A stretch of 64,000 nt of DNA from an uncultured Gammaproteobacteria bacterium (GTDB lineage: Bacteria > Patescibacteriota > Microgenomatia > Daviesbacterales > UBA10151): positions 64,766 through 128,765 of the forward strand of contig CAZCNP010000001.1 in NCBI GenBank assembly GCA_964500725.1, given 5' to 3'. Shown piece by piece: positions 1 to 9,911 of this stretch (position 1 is its first letter; each line of letters starts with the position of its first letter). The notes beneath the pieces were generated by a model that was not told the DNA's origin, searched no databases, and saw only the letters and a list, made by a program, of their open reading frames with translations. Both the position numbers and the translations under genes were made by a program.

Positions 1-1037
1 CCACTATCTCTAGGTTACTTGAACCTTTTAGTATTAATGTGGGAATTTATACAGGCAGCAAGAAGAGTATCAAGAATGCTGATGTTTATATTGGCACCCA
101 TGCTCTTTTATCAAAAAAACTTCTAACCCAAGATGTAGGCCTTGTAATAGTTGATGAACAGCAAAGATTTGGAGTACAGCAAAGAAGCTTTTTAAGATCA
201 AGGGCAAAGCTGCCACATTTTTTAACCACCACAGCTACCCCTATTCCCAGAACTGTAGCTTTAACTTTATATGGAGATTTAGACCTTTCTGTTATTGATG
301 AGCTGCCCAAAAATAGGCAAAAAATACAAACCTTTGTTGTTTTATCCAAAAAAAGGTCAGATGCCTACAAATTTATAGAAAAGAAAGTTAAAGAAGGAGA
401 CCAGGTTTATATTATCACTCCTTTAATAGAGGAATCAGAAACTTTAAAATCTGTCAGAGCTGCCAAAGTTGAGTTTGAAAGACTGCAAAGGGAAGTTTTT
501 CCTAATTTAAAGTTAGGTCTTTTGCATGGCAGATTAAAGGGGAAAGAAAAAGATCAAGTCATGCAGGACTTTAAAAATTTTAAGATTGATATCTTGGTGT
601 CCACCTCTGTTGTTGAAGTTGGCATGGATGTTACCAATGCTACCATTATGGTAATAGAGTCTGCAGAAAGATTTGGCCTGGCTCAACTTCATCAGCTCCG
701 AGGCAGGGTAGGCAGGGGTGCTAAACAGTCTTACTGTTTGCTTTTTACAGAAATAGAAGAACCCTCTATTTTGAACAGGTTAAGAAATATGGAAAAAATA
801 GATGATGGAATGAAACTGGCAGAATTGGATCTAAAAATAAGAGGAGCAGGAGAGATTCTTGGCACAAAACAATCTGGAAGATTTGAGTTAAAAATTGCTG
901 ACTTTTCAGATATTCACCTGGTAGAAAAAACCAGAAAGGCTGCATCTGATATTTTAAAAATTGACCCCACACTTGACAAATACCCATCCCTCAAGGCAAA
1001 ATTACAAAATAGCGCATCAGAAGTGATGCCTGATTGA
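1..1037 (+). CDS. recG: ATP-dependent DNA helicase RecG, C-terminal part. The frame is open to the window start, so the 5' end is truncated.
   Basis: Helicase motifs VDEQQRFGV and QLHQLRGRVGRG, with a RecG-like C-terminus. In-frame codons before the listed start at 39 contain no stop. Confidence 0.8.
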   Translation, partial: TISRLLEPFSINVGIYTGSKKSIKNADVYIGTHALLSKKLLTQDVGLVIVDEQQRFGVQQRSFLRSRAKLPHFLTTTATPIPRTVALTLYGDLDLSVIDELPKNRQKIQTFVVLSKKRSDAYKFIEKKVKEGDQVYIITPLIEESETLKSVRAAKVEFERLQREVFPNLKLGLLHGRLKGKEKDQVMQDFKNFKIDILVSTSVVEVGMDVTNATIMVIESAERFGLAQLHQLRGRVGRGAKQSYCLLFTEIEEPSILNRLRNMEKIDDGMKLAELDLKIRGAGEILGTKQSGRFELKIADFSDIHLVEKTRKAASDILKIDPTLDKYPSLKAKLQNSASEVMPD

Positions 1038-1049
1038 AGAAAAAAACAT

Positions 1050-1244
1050 ATGGCTGGAGAACCAAAAAGAAGACATTCTAAAGCACAAAAAAGAACCAGA
1101 AGAGCTGCAATTAAACTTTCAGTAAATCTGGTAAATTGCCAAAACTGTGGCAAATTAACTTTGTCTCACATAGTTTGTAAAAACTGTGGATTCTATAGAG
1201 GAAAAGCTGTAGAAAAAGAAAAAGTTCAAGTGATCAAGGCATGA
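1050..1244 (+). CDS. rpmF: 50S ribosomal protein L32
   Basis: N-terminal PKRRHSKAQKRTRR and two CxxC pairs (CQNCG...CKNCG) are typical of L32. Confidence 0.8.
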   Translation: MAGEPKRRHSKAQKRTRRAAIKLSVNLVNCQNCGKLTLSHIVCKNCGFYRGKAVEKEKVQVIKA

Positions 1245-1609
1245 AGACCAAGTCTGACCCAAGACACCTCAAAAGAAGACAACTCATGCAAGACTTGTTT
1301 TCCTGGCAATTTGGCAAAAGCAAAAAACCTGCAAAAGATATATCTGAGATAATCCCACAGCTTTCAAAGATTGATAAATTAATCTCTAAAGCTGCTCCAG
1401 ATCGGCCAATCAGTCAAATCAACAAGATTGATTTAGCTATCTTGCGTTTAGCAGTTTTTGAGTTAATAATAGATAAAGGGGTGCCTGTTAAAGTGGTCAT
1501 AGATGAGGCAGTAGAGTTGGGCAAAGAATATGGTTCTGACTCATCTGCCAGTTTCATAAATGGTGCTTTAGGTAAATTGGTAGAACTAAAGAAAATTAAA
1601 ACAACATGA
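1241..1609 (+). CDS. nusB: transcription antitermination factor NusB
   Basis: NusB-like helical protein (LAILRLAVFELI...IDEAVELGKEYG...FINGALGKL). Start overlaps the rpmF stop. Confidence 0.7.
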   Translation: MKTKSDPRHLKRRQLMQDLFSWQFGKSKKPAKDISEIIPQLSKIDKLISKAAPDRPISQINKIDLAILRLAVFELIIDKGVPVKVVIDEAVELGKEYGSDSSASFINGALGKLVELKKIKTT

Positions 1610-1842
1610 ATCAAGAAGCACAAATTTTACAAGCTATTGCAGAATATTTAAGCCTGTCTGTTGAAGACCTAGACCGTCATGCCCTACTTCGTGATGAGTT
1701 AAACTTAGGACCCATTGAGCTAAATGACCTTCTTTCATATTTATCAGATAAATTTAAAGTTACCTTTGATGAAACAGATTTAGAGGATTTAAAAAAGGTT
1801 GATGATCTGATTGTTTTGATTGAGGATAACTTATTAGATTAA
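1606..1842 (+). CDS. acyl-carrier-protein-like small acidic protein. The canonical phosphopantetheine-attachment Ser (DSL) is replaced by LGPIEL.
   Basis: 78-aa acidic four-helix ACP-like pattern (DELNLGPIELNDLL), located between nusB and rnc. Confidence 0.45.
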   Translation: MNQEAQILQAIAEYLSLSVEDLDRHALLRDELNLGPIELNDLLSYLSDKFKVTFDETDLEDLKKVDDLIVLIEDNLLD

Positions 1843-2531
1843 TGCCAAATAATGATTTTACAAACCTTTTAAGCCTTCTGCATTTAAAATTTAACAACAT
1901 CAAATTACTGCAGCAGGCTTTCTTGCACAGATCCTACTTAAATGAAGTCAAGACCTATCCGGAGTCTAATGAGCGATTGGAGTTTTTGGGTGATTCTGTT
2001 TTATCTTTGATAATCTCTTATTATTTATATAGCTCAAGACCGCAAGACTCAGAAGGAGAGCTAACCAACTTAAGAGCTCATATTGTCAAAACTAAATCCC
2101 TTGCCCAAGCAGCGCAGAAATTAAGTTTAGGAAAATATCTAAAGCTTTCCAAAGGTGAGGAAAGTTCCGGAGGAAGAGAAAATCCACAACTTTTGGCCAA
2201 CACCTACGAATCCCTTTTAGGAGCAATTTATTTGGACCAAGGTTTAGAAGTTACCAAAAAAATAATTGATAAAACACTGCTTCCTAATTTTGCAGAAGCT
2301 TTAAAAATGGGTCCGCCAAAGGATGCAAAGTCTTCTCTGCAGGAAATAGTCCAACAAAAGTTAAAAGAATCTCCCCATTATAAAATCTTAAAAACCCAAG
2401 GCCCTGACCATGCAAAACTGTTTACTGTTGCTGTATATATCGGTGGCAAAGAGAAAGGCAGAGGAGTCGGCACCAGCAAACAAGTGGCTGAAGAGCAAGC
2501 AGCTGCCATGGCTTTAGAACAGCTGGCTTAA
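1842..2531 (+). CDS. rnc: ribonuclease III
   Basis: RNase III signature [13 protein letters not shown], plus a C-terminal dsRBD-like region. Confidence 0.85.
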   Translation: MPNNDFTNLLSLLHLKFNNIKLLQQAFLHRSYLNEVKTYPESNERLEFLGDSVLSLIISYYLYSSRPQDSEGELTNLRAHIVKTKSLAQAAQKLSLGKYLKLSKGEESSGGRENPQLLANTYESLLGAIYLDQGLEVTKKIIDKTLLPNFAEALKMGPPKDAKSSLQEIVQQKLKESPHYKILKTQGPDHAKLFTVAVYIGGKEKGRGVGTSKQVAEEQAAAMALEQLA

Positions 2532-2577
2532 AAGTCTCCTTTGCATTTTTGAATACGCTTGTTGTATACTTACTTCC

Positions 2578-2949
2578 ATGCTAAAAATCCGTTTAATGAG
2601 AATAGGCGCAAAACAAAGACCTTTCTACCGCGTAGTGGCGGTGGATGAACGTGCCAAAAGAACTGGAGCCTACATTGAACTTCTGGGAACCTACAATCCT
2701 TTGACTGAACCCAAAGATATAAAACTTAAACAAGATAGAATTGATTACTGGATAAAACAGGGGGCCCAACCTTCGACTGGGTATTTAAGAATTATAGGTA
2801 AAGCCCCTCAAAGGCTACCTAGAAAACCAAAGAAGGAAAGCAAAAAAGAGGCTCCAGCTCAAGCTGTACAAGCTCAACAGGCAGAAGAGCCAAAAACAGA
2901 AGAAGTAAAGGAAGTGGAAGGCGAGAAAACTGATGAAAGACCTGCTTAG
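2578..2949 (+). CDS. rpsP: 30S ribosomal protein S16 with a Lys/Glu-rich C-terminal extension
   Basis: [41 protein letters not shown] matches the S16 N-terminus. Confidence 0.85.
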   Translation: MLKIRLMRIGAKQRPFYRVVAVDERAKRTGAYIELLGTYNPLTEPKDIKLKQDRIDYWIKQGAQPSTGYLRIIGKAPQRLPRKPKKESKKEAPAQAVQAQQAEEPKTEEVKEVEGEKTDERPA

Positions 2950-3217
2950 TCTTATTGTTACTAGTTTAGTTACTAAACCTGAAGCTGTTTCAATTGATGA
3001 ACAAACAGCAGAAGGTAATGTTGATTTAAATTTAACAGTTGATCCAACTGATATGGGGCTAATAATTGGCAAAGGCGGTCAAACAATAAGGGCGATTAGA
3101 AAACTTTTAACAGTTAGGGCAATTGCTGAAAATGTCAGAGTAAACTTACAGCTAACTGAACCTGCAGGAGAACCTGGAGCTGTAAACCAGGAATCTAGCA
3201 AGCAAGCTAACGCTTAA
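2933..3217 (+). CDS. KH-domain RNA-binding protein (YlqC/UPF0109-like)
   Basis: [20 protein letters not shown] motif; conserved position between rpsP and trmD. Confidence 0.7.
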   Translation: MKDLLSLIVTSLVTKPEAVSIDEQTAEGNVDLNLTVDPTDMGLIIGKGGQTIRAIRKLLTVRAIAENVRVNLQLTEPAGEPGAVNQESSKQANA

Positions 3218-3228
3218 TTTCTAGGCTC

Positions 3229-3921
3229 ATGAAAATCTCTATCATTACTCTCTTTCCCCAAAGTTTTGAAACTATCTTAAACACTTCAATTTTAAAACGG
3301 GCTCAACAAAAAAAACTGGTAGAATTTGAACTTATTAACCTCCGTAATTTTGGAGAAGGCAGACATCAAGTAGTCGATGATAGACCCTACGGCGGAGGAG
3401 CTGGGATGGTTTTGAAAGCAGATATACTTGCCAAAGCAGTAAAATCTTTTTCCAAACTACGAACTGCGAACTATAAACTACGAACTATCTTAACTTCAGC
3501 CTCAGGTACTCCCTACAAACAATCAAAAGCTTTAAAGTTGTCTAAATTGGATCATATAGTCATAGTCTGTGGACATTATGAGGGAGTGGACCAAAGATTT
3601 ATTGAAAATTATATTGACGAGGAAATCTCCATTGGAGATTATATTTTAACAGGAGGGGAGATTCCAGCTATGGTTATTGCTGATTCTATAGTCAGACTTA
3701 TCCCAGGAGTTTTAGAAAAGCTAGAAGCCACTCAAAATGAGTCCTTCTCAGAAAACCTACTTGAGTATCCTCAATATACCAGGCCAGAGGAATTTGAAGG
3801 AAAAAAAGCGCCTGCAGTTTTGCTTTCTGGAAATCATGCTGAAATAAAAAAATGGCAGATGCAAAAATCACTGGAAAAAACCAAAAAAGTAAGAGGGGAT
3901 TTACTCACTCAAAAGGATTAG
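3229..3921 (+). CDS. trmD: tRNA (guanine37-N1)-methyltransferase
   Basis: MKISIITLFPQSFE...DDRPYGGGAGMVLKAD matches the TrmD N-terminus and SAM-binding loop. Confidence 0.85.
   Translation: MKISIITLFPQSFETILNTSILKRAQQKKLVEFELINLRNFGEGRHQVVDDRPYGGGAGMVLKADILAKAVKSFSKLRTANYKLRTILTSASGTPYKQSKALKLSKLDHIVIVCGHYEGVDQRFIENYIDEEISIGDYILTGGEIPAMVIADSIVRLIPGVLEKLEATQNESFSENLLEYPQYTRPEEFEGKKAPAVLLSGNHAEIKKWQMQKSLEKTKKVRGDLLTQKD
3455..3489. repeat. heptanucleotide tandem tract (aactNNN)x5 inside the trmD coding sequence
   Basis: aactacg aactgcg aactata aactacg aactatc. Confidence 0.7.
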
Positions 3922-4609
3922 CCTTACCTCTAGGCGAAACTGGTCCTGTTTCAGAAGGAGCAGAAATAAAAGTATTACTGCTTTCTGCCAGCTTACTTAA
4001 AACTTGACTTTCTTTTTCACTAAACCCTGCTAAAGGAGCATCTGCGCCTCCTGAAGCAGGTGCAACCTGGGCATATAAAACATCCAGTTTTAACGAAGCA
4101 TCAACAATTTGTGAATCAGCCCCGGAAGAAACATCAAAGCTGCTTACCCTAATAAGTCTGGATGAACCTTCTAAATTATTTAACAAAGTCTGAAACATTA
4201 TCCTTGCTCCCTTAACCTCCACCTGAACAGGGAAACTATTAATATTGCCTGATTTATTAGAACTGGTATTCAAGGAAATAGAAGTAAGGCTAAACCCAGC
4301 CTGACTAACCAATTGTTGCAGCAATCCTAATGTACCTCCATAATCTCTTTCAGGAGGCAAAGATTCTAAAGCAAGTCTAACATGCGCAGATAAATCATCT
4401 TGATTTAGACTTTCTAAGGCTATAACCTTAGTTTCTAAAATTTTAGATTTAGCCATTAATTCATCTGCATTTTTTTGATTACTTATTAAGTTACTTATTT
4501 GTGGATAAATTACAAAGACAATTAAAAATAAACAAGATAATGCAACAATGGTAGGAAAAAGAAATAATTTATATGTTTGATAAAATTTTATAATCTCTTC
4601 TTTTTTCAT
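3905..4609 (-). CDS. pilO: type IV pilus assembly protein PilO-like
   Basis: N-terminal TM segment plus coiled coil. Downstream of and overlapping pilN within the pilMNO arrangement. Confidence 0.55.
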   Translation of the reverse strand: MKKEEIIKFYQTYKLFLFPTIVALSCLFLIVFVIYPQISNLISNQKNADELMAKSKILETKVIALESLNQDDLSAHVRLALESLPPERDYGGTLGLLQQLVSQAGFSLTSISLNTSSNKSGNINSFPVQVEVKGARIMFQTLLNNLEGSSRLIRVSSFDVSSGADSQIVDASLKLDVLYAQVAPASGGADAPLAGFSEKESQVLSKLAESSNTFISAPSETGPVSPRGKANPFE

Positions 4610-5151
4610 ATGCCTTTAATTTTTAAACTCATTCTGTAAACCCCATCTCTGCCTCTGTTAAGACTATCTAGGGAGATTTTACTGATTTTATTCTCATTCG
4701 TCTCCTTGGTAGTCAGAGTGCTAACTATATTGTCTAAAGTAGTCGAATCAGGCACCGTAATCAACAAAGCAGCCTCTCCTGACTGATCAACGGTGATTGA
4801 ATTGATAACTACAGAAGAAGATAATAATTTATCAATTACTTGATAAAGCAAGGTTTGCTTTGAGGGCGTCCCTAAATATTGATCGATTGTTGTCAGCCTA
4901 TTTTTTAACAGGGACAATGAAGATTCTACACTTTGTAAACTGGAGACTCTTTGTTGCTGCTCGCTGACTTTGGCTTGCACTTCAACAACATTACGACTCT
5001 GTAAAACACTCAAAGCTACAGTTAAAGAGGCCAAAAAAATCATAATCAAAAAAACTGTTACCCCAGCAAACTGAATCTTGTAGAACTTTTTTCTCTTGGT
5101 ATACTCAGTCAGTATTTCAGGGGGCAGTAAATTAACTGCAATTTTTGCCAT
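4606..5151 (-). CDS. pilN: type IV pilus assembly protein PilN
   Basis: AVNLLPPEIL motif, single TM segment, coiled coil; follows pilM. Confidence 0.65.
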   Translation of the reverse strand: MAKIAVNLLPPEILTEYTKRKKFYKIQFAGVTVFLIMIFLASLTVALSVLQSRNVVEVQAKVSEQQQRVSSLQSVESSLSLLKNRLTTIDQYLGTPSKQTLLYQVIDKLLSSSVVINSITVDQSGEAALLITVPDSTTLDNIVSTLTTKETNENKISKISLDSLNRGRDGVYRMSLKIKGI

Positions 5152-5154
5152 CTT

Positions 5155-6192
5155 TTAATCCTCCCTTAAAGCCAAACCAACAGCAACAGAATAAGAAGGC
5201 GCGTCCTGAGAAAGTTTCATTACTGAGGCTTTATCACGAGTAATAGAATACCAGGGATCAGCTTCTTGAACCTCCAAGCCTAAAGCATTAGCAAGATAGA
5301 TTACTAAACCTGGCATCTTTGCTCCACCGCCTGAAACTACCACTCTTTTAACAGGGTTTTGGGGATATTTGGTATCAAAAGCCTGGATTACTCTTTTTCC
5401 CTCAGAGGCAATAATATCAACAATAGGCTTTAAAGCCTCATAGACTTTCCCCTCCAGTTGCTCTTCTGTAAGCCCATAAATTCTTTTATATTGCTCTGCC
5501 TGGTTTACCTCAAAATTAAAATGTTGAGCCAAAGCGCGTGTTAAGGCCAGTCCTCCTGTAGAGATGGACCTTGTAAACCAGATAAGACCTTTAGCAACCG
5601 CTGCAAAGTCAGTAGATGCAGCCCCAAGCTGCACAATTAAAGTAGTAGGGGAAAATGGGTTATTTCCTACCAAAGACCTGCTGACAGCAATAGCTTCTGT
5701 TTCCAGTATCCTTGGAGTAAGTCCTGCAAAATTTAATACTTGTAAGTACTTGGAAACTATCCTTTTAGGAGAGGCAATTACCAGTACTACAGTTCTGGCA
5801 TTTTTTTCTTTTTCATTTGATCTTACCAATACCTGCCAGTTCAAGTTTACATCATTTAAAGACATTGGAATAAACTCCTCAGCTGCATAACGGATTGTTG
5901 ATTGAAGCTCTGCATCAGTTAAGTAAGGAAGATCATCAATAACCCTGGTAAATACCCTTGATTCAGGCAGGGCTACCACTATTTCTTTAGTATCAATCTT
6001 GGTAGCTGCAAATAACTGCTTTATAGAATTTGCCAAAGCCTCCAAATCAACATCGGCATCAGAAATAAGTCCAGGTTGAGGTGAAAGAACTGTTCCTAAG
6101 GAAACAAGCTTATACTGCTCCCCATTTTTCTCAAGCGATACAACCTTTATCAAAGATGATCCAATATCTAAACCAACAGAAATTTTTCCCAT
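5155..6192 (-). CDS. pilM: type IV pilus assembly ATPase-fold protein PilM
   Basis: Actin-like fold. N-terminal ISVGLDIGSSLIKVV is the PilM/FtsA-type phosphate-1 motif. Confidence 0.75.
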   Translation of the reverse strand: MGKISVGLDIGSSLIKVVSLEKNGEQYKLVSLGTVLSPQPGLISDADVDLEALANSIKQLFAATKIDTKEIVVALPESRVFTRVIDDLPYLTDAELQSTIRYAAEEFIPMSLNDVNLNWQVLVRSNEKEKNARTVVLVIASPKRIVSKYLQVLNFAGLTPRILETEAIAVSRSLVGNNPFSPTTLIVQLGAASTDFAAVAKGLIWFTRSISTGGLALTRALAQHFNFEVNQAEQYKRIYGLTEEQLEGKVYEALKPIVDIIASEGKRVIQAFDTKYPQNPVKRVVVSGGGAKMPGLVIYLANALGLEVQEADPWYSITRDKASVMKLSQDAPSYSVAVGLALRED

Positions 6193-6242
6193 CCTAAAAT
6201 TATTTTAGAACAAACTATACCCTAAACGCTATACCCTAAACC

Positions 6243-8036
6243 CTACTTTACCTGGTATGTTCCTTTTACTAGAGAAAAAGCTCCTGAAGGACCAGAGGTA
6301 AACATGCTGCTTGCCAAACCTGTTTCATAATCTATAGTGGAATTGTTAATAAGCTTTATCTTCCAGGCTGTTAACTCGGCAAATCTGTTGCCTGTTCCAG
6401 GCTCAATGATACCATTACCAGCATAATATACTCCTGTGTTACCATTACTGTTTACTTTTATTGCTGATAGGCCAGTAGTTCTTGAGTCATAATTTGATAA
6501 CACCATCAGCAAGCTGCTGCCTGTACCTGTCCCATTTAGATGATTATTGCTGTTCATTTCAAACTGCCCATCAATAATGATTACTCCCGATGAATATCCA
6601 TAGCTTGAATCAAGTGTTAGAGTGTTATTACTGTTTAATGTTAAATTACCTGTAATCCAAAGCGGGCTTTTGACTGTAATAGAACAACCACTGCCTAAGT
6701 TAACATTCCCGTTAATTTTTTTGGAATTAAGTATACTGACACAACCGTTTATATCACCTGTACTTTCCCCATTGCTCTGAGCAGTTTCTTTCCAATCTGC
6801 CACATTTGCATCTGAGATTGGAAAAACCTTGGGTGGTGAATCAGCAGAACCCGGGTGAGAGGTCCCAGATACAGTTGAGGAAATAATAGTTTGGTAGTAT
6901 GCATCTTTGCTGATTGTTAAATTCTCAATAGTGTTGGCATGAACATTGCCGCCAACCGTCATCTTATTGGAACCTGCTCTGATTGAAGTTGGAGCTCCTC
7001 CTAAATATAATCTAAAGCTTAAATCTAAACTTGGAATGGTTGCATTCCATGTTGGGTTCCCAGTTGACCAATTAGAAGACCATTTAGGCAAACCTCTCAA
7101 GTAACCTTGGGCCAAATCAGCCTGCCAGGACCAATAATTATTATTATCTTGGGTAGTATCAATCATAATCCAGTAAGTTGTATCTGATGTAACTGCAGGG
7201 GAAGAGGCAAAACCAACATCAATCCAACCATATTGGTCGGTCACTAAACTGCCAAATAAAGTACCTGAGGTTAATACTGCATTTTTATCCGGCCTGCCAT
7301 CTTTATCTTGCAAAATCCTCACTGTTGCATCAGCAGGATTGCCAATTTTTTTTATCTTTAAAGTTATTTTATTTATCGAGCCGGAAGTTGCCGGCTGAAA
7401 AGACTGGGCTGCATCAAACCTATCCTCTCCGTTGATATTCCTCCCGAAAGAAAAATCCTGACAATTACCATCAGTGCAATCTGTATCCTGGTCAGTCTCA
7501 GTTGCCGGCCCTCCAGCCACCCAAGCATCTCCTGTGATTACATTATCATTTCCTGCTGTAATATTACCATTTGAATAAATTGATCCCTCAACCCTGTTGC
7601 TATTGCCTAAATCTAAACCTCCATCTCCAACCTGCAGTCCATAAGTAAAAGCAATGCCAACCCCGTTTGATGCTGTAATCTTCACAGTTCTTTTGGCTCT
7701 GGCTTTTGCTTTATTGGGGATATAGCCGGTTGATTGAATAACTTTGGTAGAAGCATCAGAAGAGGTGATAGTCACGGAATATGATCCATCCCCAAAAACG
7801 GTTTCCAGCTCTCCGTTATAACTTCCAGCTGTGGCATTCAAAGCTGTTAAAGCCTTATCTGCTCCTGCTTCAGCTAAAGCTGTTGCTTTCTCTGCATCTG
7901 CAGCATAGAAGGCATTAGAAAAATAAACCTGGGCACCACCAACAACAAACAGCACCGTAAAAAGAACAACCCCTAAGGCTACAAACACAATAACTAAAAT
8001 CTGTCCTTTTTGGCTTAAATGTAAGTTTTTTTTCAC
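6243..8036 (-). CDS. large pilus-associated protein with a PilX-N-like N-terminus (TM helix + AxxAAEAG motif) and a long Gly/Asn/Thr-rich beta-rich body
   Basis: N-terminal hydrophobic helix followed by ADAEKATALAEAGADKAL, which is PilX_N-like. Confidence 0.55.
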   Translation of the reverse strand: MKKNLHLSQKGQILVIVFVALGVVLFTVLFVVGGAQVYFSNAFYAADAEKATALAEAGADKALTALNATAGSYNGELETVFGDGSYSVTITSSDASTKVIQSTGYIPNKAKARAKRTVKITASNGVGIAFTYGLQVGDGGLDLGNSNRVEGSIYSNGNITAGNDNVITGDAWVAGGPATETDQDTDCTDGNCQDFSFGRNINGEDRFDAAQSFQPATSGSINKITLKIKKIGNPADATVRILQDKDGRPDKNAVLTSGTLFGSLVTDQYGWIDVGFASSPAVTSDTTYWIMIDTTQDNNNYWSWQADLAQGYLRGLPKWSSNWSTGNPTWNATIPSLDLSFRLYLGGAPTSIRAGSNKMTVGGNVHANTIENLTISKDAYYQTIISSTVSGTSHPGSADSPPKVFPISDANVADWKETAQSNGESTGDINGCVSILNSKKINGNVNLGSGCSITVKSPLWITGNLTLNSNNTLTLDSSYGYSSGVIIIDGQFEMNSNNHLNGTGTGSSLLMVLSNYDSRTTGLSAIKVNSNGNTGVYYAGNGIIEPGTGNRFAELTAWKIKLINNSTIDYETGLASSMFTSGPSGAFSLVKGTYQVK

Positions 8037-8038
8037 TG

Positions 8039-8614
8039 TTAGATATTTCTTAGGTTCGCCTCAGATGTGGCTATATTAGTCTCAAAAGAGGCTCCGCTTC
8101 TTTGCTTTATAACCAAAGTCATTTTTATCCTAATTGCTGCAGTAGGAATAACTTCCCGAGGAGGAATTGCTGAGTTAAAGTATTGGAAGGTTAAGTTATC
8201 TATAGAGGTAGAAAAAATTCGGTCTGCTGTTTTTCTGGAGCTTGCAGAATCAGGAAACACTTTAAAGTGTAAGGTATTGGAATCTAGATAAAATATGTAG
8301 TAATCATAGGTGTCTGTAATAACGCTATTTGAAGAATCAATAGCAGGAACCTGTAGCACAAGTTGATTACTGCCAGATGTATAAGTATCGGAACCGTTAG
8401 TATACTGCTCAGCTACAGTATAAGCCTGCTTAATACTGCTTCTGACTACCACTAGAGCATCATTACTGTTTAAACCCATCTGCACCTTAGAAGACTGGTT
8501 GGTAAAAAGGCCTGCGCTGTTGACTATTATCACCAATAGTAATACTCCAACAATTGCAGTAATCCCCATTGCTATCAAAACCTCAACAAGGGTCAACCCT
8601 TTCTCAACTCTCAT
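8039..8614 (-). CDS. minor (pseudo)pilin, prepilin-type N-terminus
   Basis: N-terminus KGLTLVEVLIAMGITAIVGVLLL matches the class III signal (G|xTLVE). Confidence 0.7.
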   Translation of the reverse strand: MRVEKGLTLVEVLIAMGITAIVGVLLLVIIVNSAGLFTNQSSKVQMGLNSNDALVVVRSSIKQAYTVAEQYTNGSDTYTSGSNQLVLQVPAIDSSNSVITDTYDYYIFYLDSNTLHFKVFPDSASSRKTADRIFSTSIDNLTFQYFNSAIPPREVIPTAAIRIKMTLVIKQRSGASFETNIATSEANLRNI

Positions 8615-9072
8615 TGGTTTATTCCTCCTTCTCCAATCATGGTTTTTAAAGTAACATTTTGCAGTTTACTATTATCCTTCCAGGTAATTGTGACTGAAAC
8701 CTGTTTTATATGCTCTCCATTAGTACAAATCTGCTCACTGCAATTCTCAACAACTACATTTCCAGCTCCAGAAGGCAGCAAACTTAAACGGTTATCGGCA
8801 ATAGGGGAATTATCATTTACTAGATTAATGTAGCTTATTGTTCTTTTGTCCTCAATTTGTTTGGCTGCTATTTCTCTGGCCAGAGAAAGATGCCTGCTTT
8901 TACCAATTAGCATCATTGCATTAGGAATACTTGCCATCAAAAATACAATGGACCCTACGATCACTATAACCAGAAGAGACTCTATCAAAGAAAAACCACG
9001 GGAAGAATGTAAAATGTAAAATGTAAAATGTAAAATTCTTTTTGGCTTAATTGTAAATTGTACATTGTACAT
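8611..9072 (-). CDS. minor (pseudo)pilin. The listed ATG and the first ~22 codons are encoded by two heptanucleotide repeat tracts.
   Basis: RGFSLIESLLVIVIVGSIV prepilin motif. The upstream leader MYNVQFTIKPKRILHFTFYILH is encoded by (aatgtaa)x4 and (a/c)attgta x4. Confidence 0.6.
   Translation of the reverse strand: MYNVQFTIKPKRILHFTFYILHSSRGFSLIESLLVIVIVGSIVFLMASIPNAMMLIGKSRHLSLAREIAAKQIEDKRTISYINLVNDNSPIADNRLSLLPSGAGNVVVENCSEQICTNGEHIKQVSVTITWKDNSKLQNVTLKTMIGEGGINQ
9006..9033. repeat. (aatgtaa)x4 heptanucleotide tract in the minor-pilin leader coding sequence
   Basis: Four perfect copies. Confidence 0.85.
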
Positions 9073-9076
9073 TGTA
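9049..9076. repeat. ((a/c)attgta)x4 heptanucleotide tract spanning the annotated start codon of pilin 8611..9072
   Basis: Four copies carrying TGTACA palindromes at 7-bp spacing. Confidence 0.85.
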
Positions 9077-9079
9077 AAT

Positions 9080-9907
9080 TTACTTATTTATCGTTCCTGC
9101 AGAAAAAATGGCATAGTCAAAAAAAGAGGGGACTACTTTATCAAGCCTGAATACTTGAATCTTTCTTTGGGTCTGACCAGAAGTCCCAGTCGCTGTAAAT
9201 ATCTTTGCCTGAACAGGCAGAGAACCTGAATTTGGTCTAACAGCAAATGCCTGGGATGTACTACTATAAAGCAATCTAGCACGCAGTAATATCAACTTAC
9301 TTAAACCTGGTAAAGTAGTCGAACTGACATCTATATCTTTTCCACAAAGAAATGTTTTGTCAGTATCAGGAGATAAGGAGGTTGGAATCGCTGGCGAGGA
9401 ACAAGTAACAACATCAAAACCGGCACTTCTACCACTTATTGATTCTAGGAAATATTTATGGCTCTTATACTCACCTGAGGCATCATATATTACAGTTATT
9501 TCTATTGCGGGACGATCTGAACCAGCAGTTACCTCTGCATTTCCCCAATACACAGCTAGTGTTGAATAGTCATAAACCTTAGCCAAATCACTTGGATTAG
9601 CTAACCAGACTTGGGCCATTTCTTCCTTGCCAATTGGTGGATATTCTAGTGCATTGGTTCCAGCAGGCACAGTATTCATATCAACAGCAGAAGAATTATT
9701 GTCTAAAGTAAACTCATCTACTGTGGCTCCAGTTTGAATGGCTTTTTCTATACCTGCCTCAGCTGCAGAAAAAGCTCTGGAGGATTGTTCTACCTTACTG
9801 GCAGTGGAAACATCAGAAAGAGATCTCTGGACAACTGAAATCCCTATCCCCAAAGCCACAGTCATTACCAAAATCAATATTAAAACAACCTGTCCCTTTT
9901 CTCTCAT
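9080..9907 (-). CDS. PilX-N-domain pilus assembly protein
   Basis: N-terminal TM helix followed by AFSAAEAGIEKAIQ, the PilX_N signature. Confidence 0.55.
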   Translation of the reverse strand: MREKGQVVLILILVMTVALGIGISVVQRSLSDVSTASKVEQSSRAFSAAEAGIEKAIQTGATVDEFTLDNNSSAVDMNTVPAGTNALEYPPIGKEEMAQVWLANPSDLAKVYDYSTLAVYWGNAEVTAGSDRPAIEITVIYDASGEYKSHKYFLESISGRSAGFDVVTCSSPAIPTSLSPDTDKTFLCGKDIDVSSTTLPGLSKLILLRARLLYSSTSQAFAVRPNSGSLPVQAKIFTATGTSGQTQRKIQVFRLDKVVPSFFDYAIFSAGTINK

Positions 9908-9911
9908 ATTT

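Noticed and set aside
9001-9080. Possible CRISPR array, because of the regularly repeated short units (this and the other heptamer tracts)
   Set aside because: The units are 7 nt with no intervening spacers. This is simple tandem repetition, not a repeat-spacer architecture. No cas genes lie nearby.
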